Shown: positions 1-7,799 of the stretch, one piece after another
How the letters are laid out: every line of letters begins with the position of its first letter
Position numbering within the stretch: position 1 is the stretch's first letter
IMG/VR virus record: IMGVR_UViG_3300045006_000216
Location: 1-32,567 of that record
Strand: one strand, 5' to 3'
DNA length: 32,567 bases
From: a virus
Taxonomy: Duplodnaviria; Caudoviricetes
The notes under the pieces: generated by a model
What the model was told of the DNA's origin: nothing
Seen by the model: only the letters and a program-made list of their open reading frames with translations
Database searches by the model: none
Program-made: the position numbers and the translations under genes

Positions 1-2
1 CA

Positions 3-818
3 GACGACAGCTACGTCCAGATTGAGCCCAGGATTAAGTCGGCCCTCTACAGAATGACTCAGCCAGATGGCCCGAAGCTCTCTATCGGAGCCTTCGCTCA
101 GCCAGGTCTTTACCTTCCCCAGACTCCAGAGCATATGGAAGCTCATCAGGCAGCCACTGAAGCCTTCAGGGAGCTGCTGTCCTGTGAGAGGCTGGTGATC
201 TACGACTCTGAGGATGGGAACACTCTCTCTGTCCTTGAGAGAGCAGCCAAGTACTATCGGCGCAGGTTCCCCTCGAAGAAGCTCCTGGTGATCTCTGACA
301 ACACCTATAACTACACTGATTTCGCCTCCCAGGAGAACTATCGTCGGATGACTATGATCTCCGACAGACAGAAGGGGATTGCCGAGCGGTACCACCTTGC
401 TATGCTGGCCACAGTTGAGTACCGCAAGAACATGCCTATGGATGCCAAGGAGCTCCGGTGGCCTGTTGATGACGACATTGCTGATTCCAGGGCTTTCATG
501 TACAGGTCCAATGTGATCATTCATATCTACAATGACTTACATGACAGGAAGGAACATGCTGAGATCCTGTATGTAGACGAACGTGGTCTTGCATGTCCCA
601 GGCTGGTGCTCCGCTGTAGCAAGAACAAGATTTCAGAGTACAAGGGGAAGATGGTGTTTGACCTTGATCCCCGAAGTGTGACTCTGTCTGCTGTAGATGA
701 GAGGCAAGCTCTTGAAGAGGCAACTCGGTTTGCAGCTCTGAAAGAGACAAAGGTTGTAGCCATTGATCGAGGACGTGTCATTGAGGTTCCTGTAGATGAC
801 CCTGAGGAAGGAGAGTGA
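3..818 (+). CDS. DnaB-like (SF4) replicative helicase, C-terminal part, 5'-truncated by the window
   Basis: The frame is open from position 3 (DDSYVQIEPRIKSALYR precedes the ATG at 54). LLVISDN resembles Walker B; DDDIADSRAFMYRSNVIIHIYND resembles DnaB SDLRESGSIEQDADxxxFIYRD; SKNK resembles the KNR motif. Walker A presumably lies upstream of the window. Confidence 0.75.
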   Translation, partial: DDSYVQIEPRIKSALYRMTQPDGPKLSIGAFAQPGLYLPQTPEHMEAHQAATEAFRELLSCERLVIYDSEDGNTLSVLERAAKYYRRRFPSKKLLVISDNTYNYTDFASQENYRRMTMISDRQKGIAERYHLAMLATVEYRKNMPMDAKELRWPVDDDIADSRAFMYRSNVIIHIYNDLHDRKEHAEILYVDERGLACPRLVLRCSKNKISEYKGKMVFDLDPRSVTLSAVDERQALEEATRFAALKETKVVAIDRGRVIEVPVDDPEEGE

Positions 819-820
819 GG

Positions 821-1156
821 ATGCCGTTTCCTACGATGAGTATTCGAGAGTTCAGGGACCTTGGGTACCTGAAGGAGCTCAACAGAAATTTCCTGCACCC
901 CCTGGGACTTGCTCTCGCTATCAGGGAGGAGAACGATGGGGAGTTTTCTCTAGACTCCATTGTGGACTACAGAGACGACCCAGAGGGCATGTGTTATGAG
1001 GAGTCAACCCTCCTTGCAGACCCTGGCAAGGCAAGGTACGTAGCTGAGCAGGTAAAGGCTCGATACAAGGCACGGGTAGAGAGGCTCGGGTTCTGGATCC
1101 AGCCGGTCCCTGGAGTAGCGCCCCTATTTGCTGCTCCTCCTGTTGCTGAGGCCTGA
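821..1156 (+). CDS. hypothetical phage protein
   Basis: ATG at 821 follows a purine-rich RBS (GAAGGAGAGTGAGG) just after the helicase stop; the ORF fills the gap up to thyX. Confidence 0.7.
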   Translation: MPFPTMSIREFRDLGYLKELNRNFLHPLGLALAIREENDGEFSLDSIVDYRDDPEGMCYEESTLLADPGKARYVAEQVKARYKARVERLGFWIQPVPGVAPLFAAPPVAEA

Positions 1157-1157
1157 G

Positions 1158-1970
1158 ATGAAAGTAAGCCTTCTTTCTTACACAGAGGATCCTTTACGAG
1201 TACTTTATGCAGCGTACCGCACCTGCTACTCTGCAAGGGCTCCAGACGATCTCTTCGAGCAGGAGCTGACCTCCTCCTCCCTGAAGTTCCTGGACGAGAG
1301 GATCAGATCGGCACACACCTCTCCTCTCCGGCATATCCACTTCACCTTCGGGATCTCGGGGATCACCAGGGTCTGTTCCCACCAGCTGGTCAGGCATACT
1401 GTTGGGGTTGCTCATTCCATGCAGTCCCAGAGGTATGTAAAGCAGAAGGGCTCTCTAGTAGAGCAGATCGTGGCTACTGCTGCTCCCAAGCTCTTAGTGG
1501 AGGAGATGGCGTCTGCTGTAGCACTGGAGGATGCGGGGAGGGCGTACCAGCTCCTATTGGAGTCAGGAGCTGCTGCTGAGGATGCACGGTACGTACTGCC
1601 GGGAGCTACCCCAACCAACCTGGTGACTACCTTCTCATATGAGGCACTGCTCCACTTCTGCTCTCAGAGACTCTGCCACCGGGCTCAAGCAGAAATCAGG
1701 GAGTTAGCTGGGCAAATGGCAGCTACTGTGAGGGTGACCGTGCCTTTCCTGGCAGCCTATCTGGGTCCTCCTTGTTGCACCAGACCTGGAATGTGTTTAG
1801 AATCTCTGCATGACTATAGTCACTGTCCTGCAGCGGGGACAGTCCCTCACAGAGACCTCCTCATCAAGCTTTGGAGCAGCAGCTGTGCAGACACAAACCC
1901 TGAAGCCGAGAGTCAGCACTGTCACCCAGGTGGGCCATGCCCAGGCACCAGCAGGCAAGGTGGAGTCTGA
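1158..1970 (+). CDS. thyX: flavin-dependent thymidylate synthase ThyX
   Basis: MKVSLLSYTEDP...AAYRTCYS N-terminus; HTSPLRHIHFTFGISGITRVCSHQLVRH...QSQRYV signature; EDARYVLP; RLCHRAQAEIRELA. The ATG at 1158 is preferred to the ORF-track start at 1128. Confidence 0.93.
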   Translation: MKVSLLSYTEDPLRVLYAAYRTCYSARAPDDLFEQELTSSSLKFLDERIRSAHTSPLRHIHFTFGISGITRVCSHQLVRHTVGVAHSMQSQRYVKQKGSLVEQIVATAAPKLLVEEMASAVALEDAGRAYQLLLESGAAAEDARYVLPGATPTNLVTTFSYEALLHFCSQRLCHRAQAEIRELAGQMAATVRVTVPFLAAYLGPPCCTRPGMCLESLHDYSHCPAAGTVPHRDLLIKLWSSSCADTNPEAESQHCHPGGPCPGTSRQGGV

Positions 1971-2307
1971 CTGGGCAGATCATGTCTGGGGCAGGGAGAT
2001 AGCTCATTTCTCCAATGACGAGTACTCACTGCGGGAGTTTACTGTGCTACCTGGCTGTGTAACTCCGCTCCACCTGCACCTCTCCTCCCATGAGACCTAT
2101 CTGGTTATCTCGGGCTCTGGAGAAGTAGAGGTACTCTTCGATGGCAAGCCTCACAGGACCTTCCTGAAGGCAGGCGACTCGTATGTCTTCCCGGCAGGTC
2201 TTCCTCATTGTCTTGTTGCTGGGACAGACCCTGTACATGTTATTGTCGGGGGTGAGAGCTACAGTGCCGAGGACATTGTGGTCATCTCTCAAGCAATGTG
2301 CTCTTAG
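1885..2307 (+). CDS. cupin-domain protein (possible sugar-phosphate isomerase type)
   Basis: WGREI...TPLHLHLSSHETYLVISGSG...LKAGDSYVFPAGLPH gives cupin motifs 1 and 2 with His/His/Glu/His ligands. Start uncertain: GTG 1885 with GGAG at 1873-1876 was chosen; the frame is open from 1810. Confidence 0.8.
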   Translation: MQTQTLKPRVSTVTQVGHAQAPAGKVESDWADHVWGREIAHFSNDEYSLREFTVLPGCVTPLHLHLSSHETYLVISGSGEVEVLFDGKPHRTFLKAGDSYVFPAGLPHCLVAGTDPVHVIVGGESYSAEDIVVISQAMCS

Positions 2308-2320
2308 GACCGGGATTACT

Positions 2321-2614
2321 ATGGAAGACACAGACCTTGGCATCTACTGTGTAGAGACGAAAACCTTCTACTACCTCGAATCTGGGAATGTGAAGGTCTA
2401 CAACACGGTCGATCGTATCCGCACTACCCTCACTCGCAGGGGTGTCATGACTATTGCCCGTGACGGCACTCTGGACTCTGCCAACTACCCGATCCTGACA
2501 GTCAGAGAGGCGAAGATCAGGGACTACAAGATGGAGCCTATCTTCCTCTCCGATCATGTAAGAAAGCTGGTAGAGTCTGGCCTCCTCAAGAAGTCAGATG
2601 GTCCTTGGGTATAG
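2321..2614 (+). CDS. hypothetical protein (97 aa)
   Basis: ATG 2321 follows the cupin stop and AGGA/GGGA; the ORF fills the gap to the next gene. Confidence 0.65.
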   Translation: MEDTDLGIYCVETKTFYYLESGNVKVYNTVDRIRTTLTRRGVMTIARDGTLDSANYPILTVREAKIRDYKMEPIFLSDHVRKLVESGLLKKSDGPWV

Positions 2615-2617
2615 CTC

Positions 2618-3457
2618 ATGTCTGAGCTTCTGAGGCAGGCGAGAGCCTTTGGTATTCTGCTATTACTCCTACTACTTGTTGGGAGTATAGCTTGGTACTG
2701 GGGCTCTACCAGGGAGAGGAAGCGACTCCTGCGGGAGTTCGATCTGCTCAGCCAGGAGACAAGTGAGTTTGTTACTGAGGCAGACACAGAGCGCATGGAT
2801 CTGGAGGATCTGCTGCAGACAGCTCAGGAGGACAACCTGTTCCTCAAGGAGGCTCTATCTGGCATGAAGCCAGTAGAGGTTGAGAGGATCAGGTATGTCA
2901 TTCAGACGAAGACTGTCACGCAGGGCACTGTCCTTGAGTATCAGACTCTGCCGGGCAGCCATCTCTTTTACTCGGGGACTCTTCCTGTAGCTTACTTTGA
3001 GGCTCAGAAGGAGAGCTACCTGTTTCAGTCAGCTGATCTGACGTTCAACACCACAGTCATTGTTGGACCCGACAAGAGTCGAGTAGAGCTGGTAGCTGCC
3101 TCCTCCCTTGCTCCTCAGAGGTACTTCCCACTGAAGACCGAGAGCCTCACTGTCTACGAGACCGAAGACAGGACCATCTGGGAACCGAACGTAGCCATAG
3201 GAGCCAGCTACTCAGTCCCTAGGATGGAGCCAGCACTGAGTCTGATGGTTCCCTTCTTCCATCCCTGGCCAGAGTGGGACATGGCAGTGCCCAGGCTCTC
3301 GGTTGGGGAGGACCTTTATGTGGGCCTGGATGCAGCCTCCTATAATGTAGGAGAACCGCTCCCAGTATTTACAGACCTGTGGATCTCTACTGGAGCTTCA
3401 GTTACCCCGCTCGGGGCCTCACCCTCCCTGGATCTGACCATCAGTAGCAAGTTCTAA
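2618..3457 (+). CDS. membrane-anchored coiled-coil protein with beta-rich C-terminus (spanin-like candidate)
   Basis: N-terminal hydrophobic helix GILLLLLLLVGSIAWYW, then a charged heptad region, then amphipathic beta-strand-like segments ending SLDLTISSKF. The ORF is secure; the function is inferred. Confidence 0.6.
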   Translation: MSELLRQARAFGILLLLLLLVGSIAWYWGSTRERKRLLREFDLLSQETSEFVTEADTERMDLEDLLQTAQEDNLFLKEALSGMKPVEVERIRYVIQTKTVTQGTVLEYQTLPGSHLFYSGTLPVAYFEAQKESYLFQSADLTFNTTVIVGPDKSRVELVAASSLAPQRYFPLKTESLTVYETEDRTIWEPNVAIGASYSVPRMEPALSLMVPFFHPWPEWDMAVPRLSVGEDLYVGLDAASYNVGEPLPVFTDLWISTGASVTPLGASPSLDLTISSKF

Positions 3458-3468
3458 GGCTGCTGCTC

Positions 3469-4242
3469 ATGCACCCATCCATCCTCACTGAGGAACGGCT
3501 TCGGGCACTCATGTACTGCCCTCAGCTGTTCGAGCTGGGAGGAGAGGTTCGGCTTCCTCTCTCTACCTTACTCTTGCAGGAGGTAACTGAGAGACTCACC
3601 TTCTCAAGGCTTGGTGGTACTGAGTTCTCTCCTACAAGGCTACATACAGCAGTCCTGTCTACTCTCAGAGCCCACGGAACGGACAAGTACATGTTAGAGC
3701 AGAAGGAGGAGACTCTCATCCGGCAAGGTCTTCTCTGGAGCAGAGGAGTACAGGACCTGTTCCCTCTGAAGAAATACACTCCTGTCTACGCTGCTATCAC
3801 TCCAAAAGCCCGAATAGGCCGGGTAACAGTTCAGCTCCGAATCTCCTCCGTCTACCGGGCCCTCTCCTCCCAGACTATCCACTTCATCTCCTTCGCGCCA
3901 TACCCCGCTCTTCTCCATCTCTCCATGGATTGGCCCTCCTACATGAAGCTCTCCCTGGTGAGAGCTATCGTGGCTCCTCTGGGAAAAAGACTGCCTGCTG
4001 TGGTAGGACACATCTTCTCAACACCAGAGAGCAACCCTGCCTCAGCATCTGACTCCGACCCAAATCCTGTACACTTCGTCCTGCGTTCAGACACGCTATC
4101 TGAGGCCTCTACAAGGGCCACCAAGCAACTTATCAAGCAAATCCAGGAGGGAGTCCATATGCCCCTGGTTCCGTGTCGTGGGCGCGGTTCCTGCCCCCTT
4201 AGCGAGGACTGTAGAAGACAATGGGCAAGGCTTTCGGGATAG
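3469..4242 (+). CDS. PD-(D/E)XK Cas4/AddB-like fold protein, probably catalytically degenerate
   Basis: N-terminal YCP plus C-terminal PCRGRGSCPLSEDC give the 1+3 Cys pattern of Fe-S staple nucleases. No recognisable D...D/ExK motif. Confidence 0.5.
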   Translation: MHPSILTEERLRALMYCPQLFELGGEVRLPLSTLLLQEVTERLTFSRLGGTEFSPTRLHTAVLSTLRAHGTDKYMLEQKEETLIRQGLLWSRGVQDLFPLKKYTPVYAAITPKARIGRVTVQLRISSVYRALSSQTIHFISFAPYPALLHLSMDWPSYMKLSLVRAIVAPLGKRLPAVVGHIFSTPESNPASASDSDPNPVHFVLRSDTLSEASTRATKQLIKQIQEGVHMPLVPCRGRGSCPLSEDCRRQWARLSG

Positions 4243-4523
4243 ACTTTGTGGTTGTGAGTGATGTACGGGGCAGGATGGATCCGTTTGTCTTTAAGGGTGG
4301 GCCGTGGGTGCATCTGGCCACGGTGGTTCGTGGGTTCAGAACGTATCTTTGCGTCAAGCACTCGAAGACCCAGAAGGTGTATGTTGAAGAGTTTGATGAG
4401 CAAACAGGCACGTTTCACGAGCTGCCTGATCCTGAATGGAAAGACCTGGTGGAGTTCCTCACTCGAAAGGGGATCCTCTCCTATGCTGTCGGCCATGAGT
4501 ACAAAGTTGCCACGCACTCGTAG
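4221..4523 (+). CDS. hypothetical protein (100 aa)
   Basis: GAGGA upstream of the ATG; short overlaps with both neighbours; protein-like composition. Confidence 0.65.
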   Translation: MGKAFGIDFVVVSDVRGRMDPFVFKGGPWVHLATVVRGFRTYLCVKHSKTQKVYVEEFDEQTGTFHELPDPEWKDLVEFLTRKGILSYAVGHEYKVATHS

Positions 4524-4938
4524 TCTTGTAGACTCCTGGGCCACGCAGTTCGATCCTTGTGGGGAGGGAGCTTCAGCTGCTCACCGGGAGGTAGCAAGGA
4601 TTTTTGCTACTGACTCCTTCTTCAGGGGGTTGCGTTGTTATCAGGAGGTTCCTGTATGCGATCTGGTTCCCGGCTATCCTCATGTGTCACATCGGGTAGA
4701 CTGGTACCTTGAGGATCTGAACCTGGTGCTGGAGCTACACGGGAAGCAGCACTATCAGGTAGAGAACTTTGGTGGGGAGGAATGGGAGAGGGCCCACTGG
4801 CGCTTTGTACAAGGAGCCTCTAGAGACACAGAAAAGCAGGTAGCTCTAGAGCAAGCTGGCTACCTGTATCGGGTCATGGGTCCCACAAAGGCCTCGTCCC
4901 TGACTTCACAACTACTTAGAGAGGTGCTTCTTGGATAA
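4495..4938 (+). CDS. DUF559/Vsr-like endonuclease
   Basis: QEVP...RVDWYLEDLNLVLELHGKQHY...RDTEKQVALEQAGY matches the D-x10-E-x-(D/H)G-x2-H...RDxxK pattern. The ATG at 4495 is preferred to 4258. Confidence 0.8.
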   Translation: MSTKLPRTRSLVDSWATQFDPCGEGASAAHREVARIFATDSFFRGLRCYQEVPVCDLVPGYPHVSHRVDWYLEDLNLVLELHGKQHYQVENFGGEEWERAHWRFVQGASRDTEKQVALEQAGYLYRVMGPTKASSLTSQLLREVLLG

Positions 4939-5623
4939 GTTCAAGCTTCTCGCAGAGACTGAAACTGAAACTGAGGAAACTCCCCAGCCGGAGGCCCCAA
5001 CAGAGGAGCTCATCGAGAGCTACTGGACCCCTGCGACAGTAGCGTACTACGGACTGGCCTCCAGAGCGATTGCCTTGTTCGGTCCTATCGAGCCAAGGCT
5101 CTCCCTAGGCATCACCTCCCAGATATTGTCTCTTGCTGCTGATGACCCCAAGAAACCTATCCGGCTGCACCTGAACACTCCAGGTGGCACTCTCTCCGAC
5201 TGCATGCTGCTTTATGATGTAATCAGAGCCTCTCCCTGTGTAGTGATCGCCACTGTGTTAGGGCTCTGTGCCTCTGCTGGTGTGCTGGTGCTTGCAGCTG
5301 CCGACCTGAGACTCTCCATGCCTAATGCGAGGTTCTTCTATCACCAGCTCCAGTATCTCGATCAAGATCTGACCAATCCTGAACAAGCACGGTCTCTTGC
5401 TACAGACTACCTGCAGGCACAGACTCTGTACGATGACCTGATCAGGAAGCGGTCAGGGATCAGCAAGCGAGACTGGAAGAAGCACTTTGCCGGGAGAACA
5501 GCAAAATGCTTCGGACCTGCCGAGGCTATGCAGCTTGGGATCATTGATGCAATCCATCCCTACCCGAAGAAGCAGGTAGAGATTGCAGAGGAGAGCAAGG
5601 GGGAGGAAGAGAATGGCAAGTAG
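4931..5623 (+). CDS. clpP: ClpP-like (peptidase S14) protein
   Basis: IRLHLNTPGG, GLCASAG (catalytic Ser), PNARFFYHQ (catalytic His), EAMQLGIIDAI. TTG start with a GAGGTG RBS. Confidence 0.88.
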   Translation: MDKFKLLAETETETEETPQPEAPTEELIESYWTPATVAYYGLASRAIALFGPIEPRLSLGITSQILSLAADDPKKPIRLHLNTPGGTLSDCMLLYDVIRASPCVVIATVLGLCASAGVLVLAAADLRLSMPNARFFYHQLQYLDQDLTNPEQARSLATDYLQAQTLYDDLIRKRSGISKRDWKKHFAGRTAKCFGPAEAMQLGIIDAIHPYPKKQVEIAEESKGEEENGK

Positions 5624-6005
5624 AGGCAGAGGAGCAAGGCAGAAGGGAAGCAACTTCGAGAGGCTCGTGGCTGCCATGATCTCTGAGGTCACAGGACTCA
5701 AGGCCAAGCGAGGTCTGGGCCAGGCCAGAGATGGTGGGAAGGAGCGAGCCGACGTAGAGATGCCCTTCTTTCACATTGAAGCCAAGCGTCAGGCTCGATG
5801 CAACATCAAGGCAGCCATGAATCAAGCAGTCTCTGATGCAGCAGAGAAGAGCAAGATCCCTATTGTCGTGACCAAGGACGATAGATGTCCCATCCTCGTA
5901 ACTCTACTTTGGGACGACTTTGTAAAGTTCCTGAATGCCTTCTTGCTCCAATGCACTCAGATTGATGTCCCCAAGGCCCACTATCCTCCGAAGCTACGTG
6001 TATAG
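5613..6005 (+). CDS. Holliday junction resolvase (Hjc-like PD-(D/E)XK)
   Basis: RQKGSNFER...ADV...HIEAKR motif; strong GGGAGGA RBS before ATG 5613. Confidence 0.82.
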   Translation: MASRGRGARQKGSNFERLVAAMISEVTGLKAKRGLGQARDGGKERADVEMPFFHIEAKRQARCNIKAAMNQAVSDAAEKSKIPIVVTKDDRCPILVTLLWDDFVKFLNAFLLQCTQIDVPKAHYPPKLRV

Positions 6006-6660
6006 ATACCTGTCAGCTGAGTTGCGGCCTCTACCTCTTGAGATCACTCAGGAGGAGTTTACAACCCTCCTGAAGACGACTCTCTCTTCCCACTGGGGAG
6101 AGCTGCTTCCTTTGCTCTCTGTTCTGGATCCCTTTTTCGAGCGTTGGAAGAGGCAGTTGGAGACAGGTATCGCAGAGCACCTGGACTACATAGCTCTACA
6201 CATCATGTTAGCAGCGAAGCTACAGGAGCCTGAGGAGGCCTGCAGGGTGTGGCTCAGGAGGGTCAGATTACTCTCCTCTGTCAGGGAGGAGCTGGAATAC
6301 ATCTTCATCTACTCTCTCAGGAAGATGAACCGGTTTCCAGAGAGGGCAAGGCCCTATACTGTTGAGTACATCATCTCTCAGAGGTTCAGGAACTACCTCG
6401 AGATGTCCATTGAGAAGGCTTGGCGGCACAGGTCTCCTGTTGTTCAGACAGAAGAGGCGTGCTATTATCTGGAATGTCCTGACTACCTCCTACTGTCAAA
6501 CCTCCACCTGAGTCCCAGGGACTCCTATCTTCTCTATCTACTTCAGCAGAACATGAACAGCGTGGAGCGTGGAGAGCTGGTTCATCTCCATCGCTTCGAT
6601 CTCTACCACAAGGAGAGACCACTATGGCAAAGACTAGGTCTGACGCAATCAGACAAGTAA
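5965..6660 (+). CDS. probable divergent sigma-70-family factor / C-terminal HTH protein
   Basis: VREELEYIFIYSLRKMNRFPERARPYTVEYIISQRFRNYL resembles sigma region 2; LSPRDSYLLYLLQQNMNSVERGELVHLHRFDLYHKERPLWQRL resembles the region 4 HTH. Start uncertain (5935 or 5965). Confidence 0.45.
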   Translation: MSPRPTILRSYVYRYLSAELRPLPLEITQEEFTTLLKTTLSSHWGELLPLLSVLDPFFERWKRQLETGIAEHLDYIALHIMLAAKLQEPEEACRVWLRRVRLLSSVREELEYIFIYSLRKMNRFPERARPYTVEYIISQRFRNYLEMSIEKAWRHRSPVVQTEEACYYLECPDYLLLSNLHLSPRDSYLLYLLQQNMNSVERGELVHLHRFDLYHKERPLWQRLGLTQSDK

Positions 6661-7118
6661 CCAACACCCCCATGTCCAATCAGCAGGGAGTTGTTCAGGC
6701 AATGACCGGCAGTCCAGTGATCAGCCCTGTCAAGAGGGTGATCCCTGGAGGCAAGACTCTTACACAGCTAAAGGCAGATCGGCTCCAGAGAGCAATCGGT
6801 ACCTGGCTGAGAGGCTGTAGGGAGTGGACTGAATGCACACTCTCCTTCTGTGCCGATCCCTCCCAGCACAAGTGCACCACCGCCAAGGCTATTGATCTTC
6901 CTCAGGGCACTCGTCCTGCCTGGGACACCATGGGCAAGCTGTGGCTTGCAGAAAGGATCTACTCTGTCATCGAGCAGCATGGAAAGCACCTGCTGGCGAT
7001 CAAGATCACCAAGGACGGGATTTTCTCCATTACAGACTCAACTGGCAAGTTCAGTTCGGAATCCTCTGATTGGGAACCCTATATTGAATTCACTCCGGTG
7101 CGCCGGTCTGCCTTCTAG
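6624..7118 (+). CDS. hypothetical protein (164 aa)
   Basis: AAGGAG RBS upstream; contains the Cys/His cluster CREWTECTLSFCADPSQHKC. Confidence 0.7.
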   Translation: MAKTRSDAIRQVTNTPMSNQQGVVQAMTGSPVISPVKRVIPGGKTLTQLKADRLQRAIGTWLRGCREWTECTLSFCADPSQHKCTTAKAIDLPQGTRPAWDTMGKLWLAERIYSVIEQHGKHLLAIKITKDGIFSITDSTGKFSSESSDWEPYIEFTPVRRSAF

Positions 7119-7129
7119 TGGAGTAGCAC

Positions 7130-7309
7130 ATGGAAAACCGTATCAAGGCACTTGAAGAGAAAGTCGCTTGGCTCCAGAGAGAGAACCAACTCCAGCAGGA
7201 CCGGTACAACGGCCTCAAGGCCGAGATCGATTCCCTGCGCGCTCTCTGTGGCACTAACAGGCCCAGTCCTGAGATCTACAGAGATCAGCGACAGGGAGTC
7301 CTCTTCTAG
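7130..7309 (+). CDS. 59-aa coiled-coil protein ending in QGVLF (below the ORF-track cutoff)
   Basis: Translated by hand: MENRIKALEEKVAWLQRENQLQQDRYNGLKAEIDSLRALCGTNRPSPEIYRDQRQGVLF*. GGAG RBS at 7120-7123; followed by a terminator-like hairpin. Confidence 0.75.
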   Translation: MENRIKALEEKVAWLQRENQLQQDRYNGLKAEIDSLRALCGTNRPSPEIYRDQRQGVLF

Positions 7310-7332
7310 AGCGTTTGCAGTCAGTGACTTCA

Positions 7333-7361
7333 GAGGAGCCCAGAGGGGCTCCTCAACTTTT
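7333..7361 (+). terminator. probable intrinsic terminator
   Basis: Perfect 9-bp stem GAGGAGCCC-AGAG-GGGCTCCTC followed by AACTTTT, in the only sizeable intergenic gap of the window. Confidence 0.65.
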
Positions 7362-7387
7362 ACAGCCAGTCCCCTGTATGCTACCCT
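7359..7387 (+). promoter_or_regulatory. putative sigma70-type promoter with extended -10
   Basis: TTTACA (7359-7364), 17-nt spacer ending TATGC, then TACCCT (7382-7387), upstream of the ORF at 7434. Confidence 0.45.
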
Positions 7388-7433
7388 ATCAGGTAGCAAG
7401 TTCTGGCCACAGGCAGAGTTAGTGAGGTAGTGA

Positions 7434-7793
7434 ATGCAAGACATGCAGGAAAACACTAGACTGCTCCTCTACCGCATGGACCAGTCTGATGCCAATGCAA
7501 GCCACATTCTAGACATCCTCCAGAGAGTAGAGGACAGGCTTACGAAGCTTGTTGCAGACCGAGCTGAGGATGCTACGAAGCAGGCTGTTCTTACTACTAA
7601 CCTCTCCAGGCTTCAGGGAGAGACACGTAAGGTAACAGAGCGTGTTGACGAGGTAGAGAAGCAGGTGGTAGGGCTTCGACTCGAGAACGCCAAGCGAATC
7701 GCCATTTCCTCCTTCGTGGGAGGAGGTGCCGGGGGACTAATCGTCTTTGCAGTACAAGCCTTCGACCTGTTGAGACTCTTTCATGGTGGGTGA
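7434..7793 (+). CDS. coiled-coil protein with C-terminal hydrophobic helix (XhlA/holin-like architecture)
   Basis: GAGGT RBS; long heptad region followed by IAISSFVGGGAGGLIVFAVQAF. Confidence 0.6.
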   Translation: MQDMQENTRLLLYRMDQSDANASHILDILQRVEDRLTKLVADRAEDATKQAVLTTNLSRLQGETRKVTERVDEVEKQVVGLRLENAKRIAISSFVGGGAGGLIVFAVQAFDLLRLFHGG

Positions 7794-7799
7794 TGAGCC

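Noticed and set aside
3469-4242. Possible CRISPR-Cas locus suggested by the Cas4-like Cys pattern
   Set aside because: No repeat-spacer array or other cas gene was seen; stand-alone Cas4-like genes are common in phages.
2730-4560. tRNA-like GTTCGA motifs (about 2737 and 4548)
   Set aside because: They lie inside coding genes and have no cloverleaf or acceptor stem.
4955-4981. Short tandem repeat GAGACT-GAAACT-GAAACT-GAG-GAAACT
   Set aside because: An in-frame hexamer repeat encoding ETETETEET in the ClpP N-terminus; not CRISPR-like and it cannot shift the frame.
7152-7430. 92-aa plus-strand ORF and the 113-aa minus-strand ORF 7115-7456
   Set aside because: Both run through the terminator/promoter region. 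The 59-aa ORF at 7130-7309 has a proper RBS, an ATG and a coiled-coil pattern.
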